From: Elusimicrobiota bacterium
Lineage (GTDB): Bacteria; Elusimicrobiota; Elusimicrobia; Elusimicrobiales; UBA9959
NCBI GenBank assembly: GCA_027340875.1
Contig: DAIENX010000095.1
Location: 1-22,909, forward strand
Length of the DNA stretch: 22,909 nt
Direction: 5' to 3'
Part shown: positions 7,258-16,355 of the stretch, in pieces
How positions within the stretch are numbered: position 1 is the first letter of the stretch
Layout: each line of letters starts with the position of its first letter
Position numbers and translations under genes: made by a program
The notes under the pieces: model-generated
Told to the model about the DNA's origin: nothing
Databases searched by the model: none
The model's input: the letters and a program-made list of their open reading frames with translations, nothing else

Positions 7258-7782
7258 ATGAGCGTTTCATCGCATCTTAATCCAGAGCCGGAGCGCAGGC
7301 TCTGGATAATGCACGCTAATATGCGCCGCGCGGCCGCCAGGTCGGATATAAAGCTGGGCGCGCTGGCGGTCTTCGCGTTGCTCGAGATCGCCCTGCTGCG
7401 CGTTGATTTCGTCTGCGGCGCGCTCTCGTGCGCCGCCATGACGGCGCTGTCGGCGGTGCTGCCGCTCTGCCTGCTCGCTGTATCCCCGTTCTCAGATTCC
7501 ACCGTGGTACGCCCCGGGCCGTCCGGCCGCCCCCGGCCTTCCGATTCGCTGGTGACGGCCCGCGACCTGGCCAAGTACCCGCAGATGGAGCTGGTGATCG
7601 CGCTGGACAAGTACCTGGGCGGCGGGGTCACGGCCACGCCGTACTACGAGGACATCGTAGGCCAGATATCCCTGTCGGCCCGTTCTGCCGTCAGGAAGGA
7701 GCTTGTGCTGAAGGCGGCCAGCGCCTTCGCGTTCGCCGCGCAGCTGCTGCTGGCCGTGATGTTTTCGCTTCGCCTGGCCTGA
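7258..7782 (+). CDS. Pycsar effector-like (PycTM/DUF5706-like) membrane protein
   Basis: Pattern xDxK before the first TM (RSDIKLGALAVF), a second TM, a soluble segment, then YEDIVGQISLSARSAVRK before a terminal TM. TATAAT at 7214-7219 and a G-rich RBS upstream. Family assignment is by eye. Confidence 0.6.
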   Translation: MSVSSHLNPEPERRLWIMHANMRRAAARSDIKLGALAVFALLEIALLRVDFVCGALSCAAMTALSAVLPLCLLAVSPFSDSTVVRPGPSGRPRPSDSLVTARDLAKYPQMELVIALDKYLGGGVTATPYYEDIVGQISLSARSAVRKELVLKAASAFAFAAQLLLAVMFSLRLA

Positions 7783-7803
7783 AGGATTTTCTAGAATACG
7801 ACC

Positions 7804-9315
7804 ATGCAGAACATCTCCGCCATCTTCGGACCCTGGATAATAGGCTTCTACGCCGCCGTGCTGCTTTCGGCGCTGGCGCTCGCGCGCGCGGTGCCCGGCT
7901 GCCGGAAGAGGCTCGGCGGGGCGGCGCTGATGACGCTGTTCTCCATCGCGGGCCTGCTCGCCGTGCGCCTGATGGGCGGAGCCGCCTCCGGGGGCCTGCC
8001 GAAGCTGACAGAGCTGGTCGCCCGCCTGCTGGCCGTCGTGGCCGCTATCAACGTGGCGGGGGTATTCGGCTTCTCGCTGGTCCTGCCCAGGCTCAGGACC
8101 GGGGTCTCCAAGTTCGTGGAGGACCTGATACTGGCCGCGACCTATCTGCTGGCCGGCCTGGCCGTGGTATCGGCGTCCGGCGCCGACCTCAGCGGCGTGC
8201 TGGCCACTTCGGCCGTGGTCACCGGCGTGGTGGCCTTCTCGCTGCAGGACACGCTGGGCAACATAATAGGCGGCATGGTGCTGCAGCTGGAAAGCTCGTT
8301 CCAGCCAGGCGACTGGATCCGGGTGGACGAGCACGAGGGCGTGGTGCGGGAGATCCGCTGGCGGCAGACCACCCTGGAGACGCTGGTCGGCGACATCAAG
8401 ATAGTGCCCAATATCCTGATCATGAAGAGCCCGGTCACCGTGCTGGGCCGCGCGGCCTCGGGCAAGCGCTTCCGTTCCGTCTCGTTCCCGGTGTATTACG
8501 ATTCCGCCCCGGGCGAGGTGATCTCTGCGGTGGCCGGCGCCCTGAAGGACGATCCGCCCGCCGGCGTAGCCGCGAGCCCGGCCCCGGACTGCGTGATAAA
8601 GGACTTCCAGCCCAATTCAGCCGTGTACGAGGCCCGCTACTTCCTCACGGATTTCACCGCTCCGGGCGGGGTAGACGCAGCGGTGCGCGCCAGGATCTAC
8701 TACGCGCTGACCAGGGCCGGCATAAAGATCTCGGTGCCGTCGCGCGCGATCATCGTCAGCGAGGCCGCGAAGGAAGTGGCCGAGAAGAGCGCCAGGGAGG
8801 AGCAGACCCGGCGGCTTGCGGCCCTCGACGGCGTCTACCTGTTCAAGGCGCTGAACTCCGGGGAGAAGGAGCTGCTGGCCGCGAGACTCAGGCCGACACC
8901 GTTCCAGACCGGAGAGCTGATGACGCGCCAGGGGGACAGGGCGTACTGGCTCTATATCATCCATAGCGGCTCCGCCGAAGTGCGGGTATATTCTGAAGGC
9001 GGGGCCTACAGGACCGTTAAGGTGCTGGGCCCCGGGGACTTCCTCGGGGAGATGGGGCTGCTCACCGGCGAGCCGCGGGCCGCTACGGTGGTGGCGGCCG
9101 CCGAGACGCGCTGCTACAGGCTGGACAGGGACTCCTTCAGGGACGTGCTGGCCGGACGTCCGGAGATGGCCGAGATGATCGCCTCCACGCTGGCCAAGAG
9201 GCGGACCGAGCTGGACGCGGTCAAGTTGAAACTGGCCGGCGAGGAGGCCGCCCGCGGCCTGACCGCCTCCGAGCGCGACCTGCTTTCGAGGATAAAGGAC
9301 TTTTTCAAGATCTAA
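7804..9315 (+). CDS. MscS-family mechanosensitive channel with C-terminal cyclic-nucleotide-binding domain
   Basis: MscS signature AFSLQDTLGNIIGG...FQPGDWIRV....GVVREIRWRQT; cNMP domain RQGD....LYII.SG...LGPGDFLGEMGLLTGEPRAATV. Confidence 0.93.
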   Translation: MQNISAIFGPWIIGFYAAVLLSALALARAVPGCRKRLGGAALMTLFSIAGLLAVRLMGGAASGGLPKLTELVARLLAVVAAINVAGVFGFSLVLPRLRTGVSKFVEDLILAATYLLAGLAVVSASGADLSGVLATSAVVTGVVAFSLQDTLGNIIGGMVLQLESSFQPGDWIRVDEHEGVVREIRWRQTTLETLVGDIKIVPNILIMKSPVTVLGRAASGKRFRSVSFPVYYDSAPGEVISAVAGALKDDPPAGVAASPAPDCVIKDFQPNSAVYEARYFLTDFTAPGGVDAAVRARIYYALTRAGIKISVPSRAIIVSEAAKEVAEKSAREEQTRRLAALDGVYLFKALNSGEKELLAARLRPTPFQTGELMTRQGDRAYWLYIIHSGSAEVRVYSEGGAYRTVKVLGPGDFLGEMGLLTGEPRAATVVAAAETRCYRLDRDSFRDVLAGRPEMAEMIASTLAKRRTELDAVKLKLAGEEAARGLTASERDLLSRIKDFFKI

Positions 9316-9364
9316 CGGCCATTCCGCCGGCGGCCGGCAAGACTAGCTAGAAAGGGGAGACGAC

Positions 9365-11128
9365 ATGAAACTCTTGAAAGGCGCGGAATCTCTGCTGGGC
9401 GCGACAGGCGAGGAAGTGTTCACCCCGGAGGACTTCAGCGACGAGCAGAAGCAGATAGGGGAGACCACCGAGCAGTTCGTGGTCAAAGAGGTCCTGCCGC
9501 ACCTGGACGAGATAGAGCAGCAGAAGTTCGAGCTCAACGTCGAACTGATGCGTAAGTGCGGAGAACTGGGTCTGCTGATGCTCGACGCCCCGAAGGAATA
9601 CGGCGGGCTGGAGCTGGACAAGGTCACCAACATGCTGATGACCGAGAAGATATCGCAGGCCGGCTCCTTCTCGATAACCTTCTCCGCCCATACCGGCATA
9701 GGCACGCTGCCGCTGGTCTATTACGGCACCAAGGAGCTCAAGGAGAAGTACCTGCCGAAGATCATGAGCGGCGAGTGGGTGGCCGCCTACTGCCTCACCG
9801 AGCCAGGCTCCGGCAGCGACGCGCTGGGCGCCAAGTCCACCGCCGAGCTCACCCCCGACAAGAAGTTCTACGTCCTGAACGGCACCAAGCAGTTCATCTC
9901 CAACGGCGGCTTCGCCCATATCTACACCATCTTCGCGAAGACCGGCAAGGAGCTTAGCGCCTTCCTGGTGGAGCGCGACACCCCCGGCCTTAGCTTCGGC
10001 CACGAGGAGAAGAAGATGGGCATCAAGGGCTCATCCACCACCCAGGTCATCATGCAGAACGTGAAGGTGCCCGTCGGGAACCTGCTGGGCGAGGAGGGGA
10101 AAGGCCACAAGATAGCCTTCAACGTCCTGAACATCGGGCGCCTGAAACTGGGCGCCGGAGTGACCGGCGCGGCCAAAGTGGCGCTGGCCGACGGCATAAA
10201 GTACGCCAACCAGCGCAAGCAGTTCGGCAAGCTGATCAGCAGCTTCGGCGCTATAAAGGAGAAGATCGCCGACATGACGGCCGCGATCTTCGCCTCGGAG
10301 GCGCTGGTATACCGGCTCGCCGGCATGATAGACGCGCGGGTTGAGACCGTGGACCGCGGCTCGCCGGACTACTACAAGCTCTACCAGAAGGGGATAGAGG
10401 AATACGCGATAGAGTGCGCCATCTCCAAGGTGTTCTGCAGCGAGATGCTGGCCGGCGTGGTCAGCGACGTGCTGCAGATGTACGGCGGCTACGGCTATAT
10501 CCAGGAATACCCGGCCGAGCGCTATTACCGCGACGAGCGCATCAACCGCATCTTCGAGGGGACGAACGAGATCAACCGCATGCTGGTCAGTGGCACCGTG
10601 ATGGGCCGCGGCCACAAAGGCGATATCCCGCTGAAGGAGAGCGTCTCCGCCGCGGTGGACGCGCTGAAAGGGGAGCCGGCGGCTCCGGGCTCGGGGCCTT
10701 TCGGGGCGGAGAAGGCCCTGCTGGCCGGGATGAAGAACGTGTTCCTCGTCCTGACCGGGGCCGCGATGCGCAAGTTCCTGTTCTCCATCAAGGACGAGCA
10801 GGAGGTGCTGATGGCGCTGGCCGACATCGCGATCAACATCTTCGCCCTGGAGAGCGCGGTGCTGCGCGCAGAGAAGATCCTGCCTAAGCTCAGCGGCGAC
10901 AAGAAGACCTGCGCTCAGGCCGCGGTGAAGGTGTTCGCGTTCGCTTCCGCGGAGAAGGCGGCCTCGGCCGCCCGCCGGTCGGCGGCTTACGTGAAGGACG
11001 GCAAGGACCTGGACCAGCTGTTGGCGGCTATCGGGAAGCACTGCCTCTACAGGGCGGAGGGGCTGCTGAAGGCCAAGCGCCAGCTGGCGGACGCGGCCAT
11101 AGAGGCGGAGAAGTTCATCTTCGCCTGA
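9365..11128 (+). CDS. fadE: Acyl-CoA dehydrogenase, long form with C-terminal extension (Bacillus FadE/ACAD9-like)
   Basis: YCLTEPGSGSDA, LNGTKQFISN, KMGIKGSST, RKQFG, GGYGYIQEYPAERYYRDERINRIFEGTNEI. Confidence 0.92.
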   Translation: MKLLKGAESLLGATGEEVFTPEDFSDEQKQIGETTEQFVVKEVLPHLDEIEQQKFELNVELMRKCGELGLLMLDAPKEYGGLELDKVTNMLMTEKISQAGSFSITFSAHTGIGTLPLVYYGTKELKEKYLPKIMSGEWVAAYCLTEPGSGSDALGAKSTAELTPDKKFYVLNGTKQFISNGGFAHIYTIFAKTGKELSAFLVERDTPGLSFGHEEKKMGIKGSSTTQVIMQNVKVPVGNLLGEEGKGHKIAFNVLNIGRLKLGAGVTGAAKVALADGIKYANQRKQFGKLISSFGAIKEKIADMTAAIFASEALVYRLAGMIDARVETVDRGSPDYYKLYQKGIEEYAIECAISKVFCSEMLAGVVSDVLQMYGGYGYIQEYPAERYYRDERINRIFEGTNEINRMLVSGTVMGRGHKGDIPLKESVSAAVDALKGEPAAPGSGPFGAEKALLAGMKNVFLVLTGAAMRKFLFSIKDEQEVLMALADIAINIFALESAVLRAEKILPKLSGDKKTCAQAAVKVFAFASAEKAASAARRSAAYVKDGKDLDQLLAAIGKHCLYRAEGLLKAKRQLADAAIEAEKFIFA

Positions 11129-11150
11129 GCCTCAGGGGAGAGCGGTACGG

Positions 11151-11182
11151 AAGCCCGGGGATCATCCCCGGGCTTTCTTTTT
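11151..11182 (+). terminator. Terminator for fadE overlapping the last codons of the convergent fadJ
   Basis: aagcccgggga-tca-tccccgggctt followed by tcttttt. Confidence 0.7.
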
Positions 11183-13270
11183 CAGGTAGTCGCAGGGAAC
11201 CAGCCGCGTAGCGTTGAATTCTTTTGCCAGGCGCTCCAGGTCGTCCGCGATGGCGGCGAGCCCGGTCTCCTCGGCGTAGCGCCACAGGCCGCCGCGGAAC
11301 GGCGGGAAGCCGGTGCCCATTATCATCGCCAGGTCTATGGCCTCCGGGTCGTTCACGATGCCCTCGTCCAGGCAGCGCGCCGCCTCGTTGACCATGCCGT
11401 AGATCATTCGCTTTACGGCGTCCTCGGCATCTATGAAGCGCTGCCCGCGCTCGGGGATGATCTTGTATATCTCCTCGTTCACGGCGCCCTTGCGGCCGTC
11501 CGCGTAGCTGTAGAAGCCGAGACCCTTCTTCTTGCCCAGCAGGCCGGCGTGCTTGGCCGCCTCGAGCACGGCGCTGACGCTCATGCGCTCGCCGAAGGCC
11601 TCGTGGAAGATCTTGGCCACCTTGGCGCCCACGTCTATGCCGACCTCGTCCACCAGCTCTATCGGGCCCATCGGCATGCCGAAGTCGCGCGCCGCTTTGT
11701 CCACGCGCTCTATGGCCATCCCCTCCTGCACCAGGAAGGCGGCCTCGTTCAGGTACGGCACGAGGATGCGGTTGACCAGGAAGCCGGGCGAGTCCTTCAC
11801 CACCACCGCGGTCTTGCCGAGCTCCCTGGCGAAAGCCACTACGGTGGCCAGCGTCTTCGGACTGGTCTCGGCTGTCCTTATGACCTCCACCAGCGGCATC
11901 CGGTGCACGGGGTTGAAGAAATGCATGCCGGCCAGACGCGTTCTGTCCTTCATCTCCGCGCCGATGTCGGCTATGGTCAGCGACGAGGTGTTGGAGACCA
12001 GCACGGTCCCCGTGGCGGTGTTCTTCTCCAGCTCCGCGAAGACTTTGCGCTTTATCCCGATGTCCTCGACCACCGCTTCCACTACGATGTCGGAGTTCTT
12101 GAAGCCGTCGTAGGTCAGGGTGGGGGAGATCAGCGCCATCCTGTGCGCCGCCTGGTATTTGTTCAGTTTGCGCCGCTTCAGCGCGGAGCGGTAGATGCCG
12201 TCGGCGGTCTTCATGGCCTGCTGCAGGGCCGGGAAGTTGATGTCCTTGACGCGCACCGGTATGTCCCTGGAGCTGGCCAGCTGGGCTATACCGCCGCCCA
12301 TTATGCCGGCGCCGGAGACCGCGCATTTGCTCACCTTGGCCGGCTCCGCGCCCGAGGCCCAGTCCAGTTTCTTGAACTTTTCGGTCAGGAAGAAGAGCTT
12401 GACCAGGTTGCGCGAGACACCGGTGACGGCCAGCTCGGCCAGCGCCTCCCGCTCCTTCTTCAGGCCGGTGGCCAGGTCTCCGCCGAAAGTCTCCTGTATC
12501 ACGCGCAGCGCCTTAAGCGGCGCGGGGTAGAAGCCCTTGGTCTTCTCCAGCACCTTCTTGCGGGCCTGGCTGAACAGCAGGGCCCTGCCCGGGGCGGTGC
12601 CGTCGAGGAAGGATTGCATCAGCGTGCTCTTCCTCGGCTGGGCCCGGCGCGGCCCGGGGGGTAGGGAAGCGGCGAAAGCCACGGCCTCGGCGCGGAGCAG
12701 CAGCTCCGGCCAGAGCCTGTCGACTATGCCGCGTTTGAGCGCGTCCTTGCCGGAGATGATCTTGCCGGCCAGTATCATGTCCACCGCCGCGGAAAGACCT
12801 GCCAGGCGGGGCAGTCTCTGCGTGCCGCCCCAGCCGGGAAGTATGCCGAGGTTCACCTCCGGCAGGCCTATCTTGACCTTGGGCCCCGAGCCTGCCACGC
12901 GGTATTTGCAGGCCAGCGCCAGTTCGAAGCCTCCGCCGAGACAGGCGCCGTTTATCGCGGCCACGGTCGGGATAGGTAGGGCCTCCAGCTTGTCCAGTAT
13001 CTTCTGCCCCTCGGCCGCCACCGCGAGGGCCTCCTCTTCGGTCCGGAGGTTCGCGATGGCCTTGATGTCCGCGCCGGCTATGAAGACTCCTTCCTTGGCG
13101 CTGGTTATAACCAGCGCCTTGATGTCGCCGCCGGCCTTGCCGGCCACCTCGTCGATAAGCGAGGAGAATTCCCTCATCACCGCGGCGTCCAGAGTGTTGA
13201 CCTTGGCGCCCGACTGGTCGAACTCTATTACCGCTATGTCTTTCTCGGTCTTGAGGTTGAGTGAGCCCAT
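11162..13270 (-). CDS. fadJ: Fatty-acid oxidation complex alpha subunit (enoyl-CoA hydratase / 3-hydroxyacyl-CoA dehydrogenase)
   Basis: FIAGADI, CLGGGFELAL, GLPEVNLGILPGWGGTQRLPRL, GAGIMGGGIA, SNTSS, GMHFFNPVHRMPLVE, GTGFPPFRGG. Confidence 0.93.
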   Translation of the reverse strand: MGSLNLKTEKDIAVIEFDQSGAKVNTLDAAVMREFSSLIDEVAGKAGGDIKALVITSAKEGVFIAGADIKAIANLRTEEEALAVAAEGQKILDKLEALPIPTVAAINGACLGGGFELALACKYRVAGSGPKVKIGLPEVNLGILPGWGGTQRLPRLAGLSAAVDMILAGKIISGKDALKRGIVDRLWPELLLRAEAVAFAASLPPGPRRAQPRKSTLMQSFLDGTAPGRALLFSQARKKVLEKTKGFYPAPLKALRVIQETFGGDLATGLKKEREALAELAVTGVSRNLVKLFFLTEKFKKLDWASGAEPAKVSKCAVSGAGIMGGGIAQLASSRDIPVRVKDINFPALQQAMKTADGIYRSALKRRKLNKYQAAHRMALISPTLTYDGFKNSDIVVEAVVEDIGIKRKVFAELEKNTATGTVLVSNTSSLTIADIGAEMKDRTRLAGMHFFNPVHRMPLVEVIRTAETSPKTLATVVAFARELGKTAVVVKDSPGFLVNRILVPYLNEAAFLVQEGMAIERVDKAARDFGMPMGPIELVDEVGIDVGAKVAKIFHEAFGERMSVSAVLEAAKHAGLLGKKKGLGFYSYADGRKGAVNEEIYKIIPERGQRFIDAEDAVKRMIYGMVNEAARCLDEGIVNDPEAIDLAMIMGTGFPPFRGGLWRYAEETGLAAIADDLERLAKEFNATRLVPCDYLKKKARG

Positions 13271-13285
13271 AACGATCTCCTTGGC

Positions 13286-14563
13286 CTAGCGTTCCAGCAC
13301 TACGGCCCCGCCGAGGCCGCCGCCCACGCAGAGCGAGGCGACTCCGAACTGCAGGCCGCGCCGCTTCAGCTCCTTGAGCAGCGTGAGTATCAGCCGCGAG
13401 CCTGTGGCCCCTACCGGGTGCCCCACCGAGATGCCGCTGCCGTTCACGTTGAGCTTCGCCGGGTCCACCTCGCCTACAGCCTCGGAGCGAGACAGCACGT
13501 CCTGCGCGAACTTCCTTGAGGCCAGCATCCGGAGGCTGGCCAGTACCTGGGCCGCGAAGGCCTCGTTGATCTCTATCAGCCCCATGTCCTTCAGGTCTAG
13601 CCCCGCCTTCTTCAGGGCCACCGGTATGGAATAGGCGGGTCCCAGGCCCATGCGCGACGGGTCCAGGCCTTCGTAGGCGTAGGAGCGGACGTAGCCGAGC
13701 GGCTCGTAGCCGAGGGACTTCGCGCGGCTCTCCTTCATGACCAGCAGCGCGCAGGCGCCGTCGGTGACCTGGCAGGAATTGCCTATCGTGACGCTGCCGG
13801 CGGCGCGGTCGAAGAACGGCTTCATCTTCGCCAGCGATTCCAGCTGCAGGTTCTCGCGCGGCCCGTTGTCGTCCTCGAGCACCGTCTCGAACTTGCGCCC
13901 TGTGATATACGGCACTATCTCCTCCCGCAGCTTCATCTTCCCGGCCACGGCCTTGCGGTGGCTCTCCAGCGCGAACTCGTCCTGTTCTCTGCGGCTGATG
14001 CCCAGTTCCTTGGCCAGCAGCTCGGCAGTGGAGCCCATGTTCAGCCCGCAGAACGGGTCGGTGAGGCCCTGCGCCAGGCTGATCACCGGCTTCAGGTAGG
14101 AGGGCTTTATGGACGCCAGCAGGCCCAGCTTCTGGCCGAAGGTCTTCGCTTTGGAGAGGCGGGTAAGTAGCTTCGTCAACGGCTTGCCGACGGTGAGGGG
14201 GATGTTGGACATCGACTCCGCGCCGCCGGCTATCACTATCTCGTCGAAGCCGGTGGTGATCTTCTCCAGCGCGCTGGTGACGGATTCGAGGCCGGAGGCG
14301 CAGTTGCGGCTTATCGTGTAGGCGCGCTTGCGTTCCGGGATCCCGGCGTAGAGGGCCACCACCCTGGCCAGGTTGGCCGCCTCCATCGGCTGCGCCACGC
14401 AGCCGAAGATGACCTCGTCCACGAGTTCGGGGTCCAGACCGGTGCGTTCCAGCAGTTCGCGTGTGCAGGCCGCCCCCAGTTTCTGCGCCGGTTCGTCCTC
14501 GAACACCGTCCAGGCCTTCGCGAACGGGGTGCGTACGCCGTCGACTATGGCTATCCTGTCCAT
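13286..14563 (-). CDS. fadI: 3-ketoacyl-CoA thiolase (FadI-like)
   Basis: RNCASG catalytic Cys, GGAESMS, INEAFAAQ, GHPVGATG, SLCVGGGLG. Confidence 0.9.
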   Translation of the reverse strand: MDRIAIVDGVRTPFAKAWTVFEDEPAQKLGAACTRELLERTGLDPELVDEVIFGCVAQPMEAANLARVVALYAGIPERKRAYTISRNCASGLESVTSALEKITTGFDEIVIAGGAESMSNIPLTVGKPLTKLLTRLSKAKTFGQKLGLLASIKPSYLKPVISLAQGLTDPFCGLNMGSTAELLAKELGISRREQDEFALESHRKAVAGKMKLREEIVPYITGRKFETVLEDDNGPRENLQLESLAKMKPFFDRAAGSVTIGNSCQVTDGACALLVMKESRAKSLGYEPLGYVRSYAYEGLDPSRMGLGPAYSIPVALKKAGLDLKDMGLIEINEAFAAQVLASLRMLASRKFAQDVLSRSEAVGEVDPAKLNVNGSGISVGHPVGATGSRLILTLLKELKRRGLQFGVASLCVGGGLGGAVVLER

Positions 14564-14582
14564 GAGCTCTCCCCTGCGGCCC

Positions 14583-16064
14583 CTAGGCCGCCTGTCTCCT
14601 GTCCACTATCTTGCGCGCCTTTACCGACGTCTCTATCTCTATGCGCTTCTGTATCTCCTTGTGCGTGACCACCTCCACCTTGTTGAAGGTGAGCTCGGTG
14701 TCGGCCAGCACCTGCTTGTTGATCTGCCGCTTGAACTCCTCCGGGTCGGCGTCCTTCAGCAGGCTGACGTACAGGGAGATCTCGTCCACCTCGTAAGGGT
14801 CGTTGTCCTTCTTGGCTATCTCGATCTGCCACTCGTCCACGTGGCTGTTGCCGTCCAGGAGGAACTCCAGCCGGTTGAAGTTGACCAGCGTGCCCTTCAC
14901 CTTGGAGATCTGCAGGTCCTTCACGTTGGAGGCGCGCACCAGGTCGCTGGAGATGCGCGGCACCGTGCGGCCGCAGTGCGGGCAGGGCTCGTAGGTGATG
15001 CCGCCCTTCACGTAGTCGCCGGTGCGGTAGCGCAGCAGGCAGGAACCGCGGCTGTCTATCGTGGAATAGACCACCTCTCCGTCCTCGCCCTCGCCCACCG
15101 GCTGCCCGGTCTCCGGGTTGATGACCTCGAAGATCTCCCTGTCCGGGTAGGTGTGGTAGCCGCTCATCACGTCGATATCGGTGGGGCATTCCGGCCAGGC
15201 GGTGCGGGCCTCGGTGAAGCCGTAGGTGCCGAAGACGCTGACGTTAGAGGCCCCCATCTCCATCAGCAGGCCGGCCAGCTTGCGCTTGAAGCCCACCGGG
15301 GCTCGCGCGGCTCCCAGCACGATCTTCTTCACGAAGCTCATGTCCATGTTCTGCGCGCGAGCCTCCTTCAGCAGGTGGTAGACGTAGCTCGGGACGCCGG
15401 CCAGCAGGCGGGGCTTGAGCTTGGCGATGGAGCGCAGGTTGCCCTCGGTGCCCATCGTCTTGCCGCCGCCGGTGCTGAGGATCAGCACGCCGGCCTCGGT
15501 GCCGGCGAAGAAGACCTGCCAGAAGGCCAGGTGCGGCGCGTACGGGAACAGGTTGACCGCGGTCTCGTCGGTCTTCATGTCGAAGATGTCGACGATGCGC
15601 TTGCCGTAGAACTTCAGGTTCTCCAGGTCGTAGTGCGTGTAAAGGAAAGGCATCGGCTGGCCGGTGGTGGTGCCGGCGGTGCTGGTCAGGAAGATGGGAC
15701 GGTATTCCTTCTCCAGGCTCTTCTTCAGGTAGTCGGCGCCCCTGAAGATCTTGGTGGCCGCCACTTTCAGCAGTTCGCCCTTCGGCAGGTATTTCTTTAT
15801 CAGCTCCTCGCTGGGCTGCAGTATCAGGTCCCGCGTCTTCCCTTCCGCCGACATCTTTACCAGGTCCGCCTTGGTGGTGAAGGGTATGCGGCGCAGGTCA
15901 TCGGTGGTCCTGATGCTGTCCGGCTTTATCCCGTTGCGGTCGAACATCTCCCGGTAGTACGGGCTGAACGGGTAGACCTTCGTGGTGATGAAGTCGTGCA
16001 GCTTACGGTTCTGCAGCTCCTTGAGCTCGGCCCAGGGCCTGAACAGCAGTTCTTTGTCGGTCAT
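14583..16064 (-). CDS. Phenylacetate-CoA ligase (PaaK)-family AMP-forming ligase
   Basis: SPYYR...DL..IPFTTKADL, P-loop variant STAGTTTGQP, YGFTE, LLRYRTGD, KVKGTLV. Confidence 0.85.
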   Translation of the reverse strand: MTDKELLFRPWAELKELQNRKLHDFITTKVYPFSPYYREMFDRNGIKPDSIRTTDDLRRIPFTTKADLVKMSAEGKTRDLILQPSEELIKKYLPKGELLKVAATKIFRGADYLKKSLEKEYRPIFLTSTAGTTTGQPMPFLYTHYDLENLKFYGKRIVDIFDMKTDETAVNLFPYAPHLAFWQVFFAGTEAGVLILSTGGGKTMGTEGNLRSIAKLKPRLLAGVPSYVYHLLKEARAQNMDMSFVKKIVLGAARAPVGFKRKLAGLLMEMGASNVSVFGTYGFTEARTAWPECPTDIDVMSGYHTYPDREIFEVINPETGQPVGEGEDGEVVYSTIDSRGSCLLRYRTGDYVKGGITYEPCPHCGRTVPRISSDLVRASNVKDLQISKVKGTLVNFNRLEFLLDGNSHVDEWQIEIAKKDNDPYEVDEISLYVSLLKDADPEEFKRQINKQVLADTELTFNKVEVVTHKEIQKRIEIETSVKARKIVDRRQAA

Positions 16065-16138
16065 TTTTAGTCCCCTTCTCCATGCTCCCGGTCCTCAAGC
16101 CGGGAAAATCGCGCGGCGAGCCGCGCACCCCCGAAGGA

Positions 16139-16166
16139 ATTATAATATAAAAAAAGGACAAGTCAA
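16139..16166 (-). promoter_or_regulatory. Sigma70-type promoter for the ligase-thiolase-fadJ operon
   Basis: Minus strand TTGACT (16166-16161) - 16 nt - TATAAT (16144-16139). Confidence 0.72.
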
Positions 16167-16355
16167 CCCCCGGGCCATTGCCTGAAGGCAGTCCGCGGCT
16201 TGACCATGCTCGCTGTCAAAGCACCTAAAAATTTGTTAGGCTAAATACGTAGTTCTCCGGGTGCACGCAGCTTATGACGTCGCCAGAATTCCCTAAAATC
16301 CAACTATCAAAGGAGACCGCGCCCCGCCGCGGCCGCATTGCCGGGCGCGAAGACC

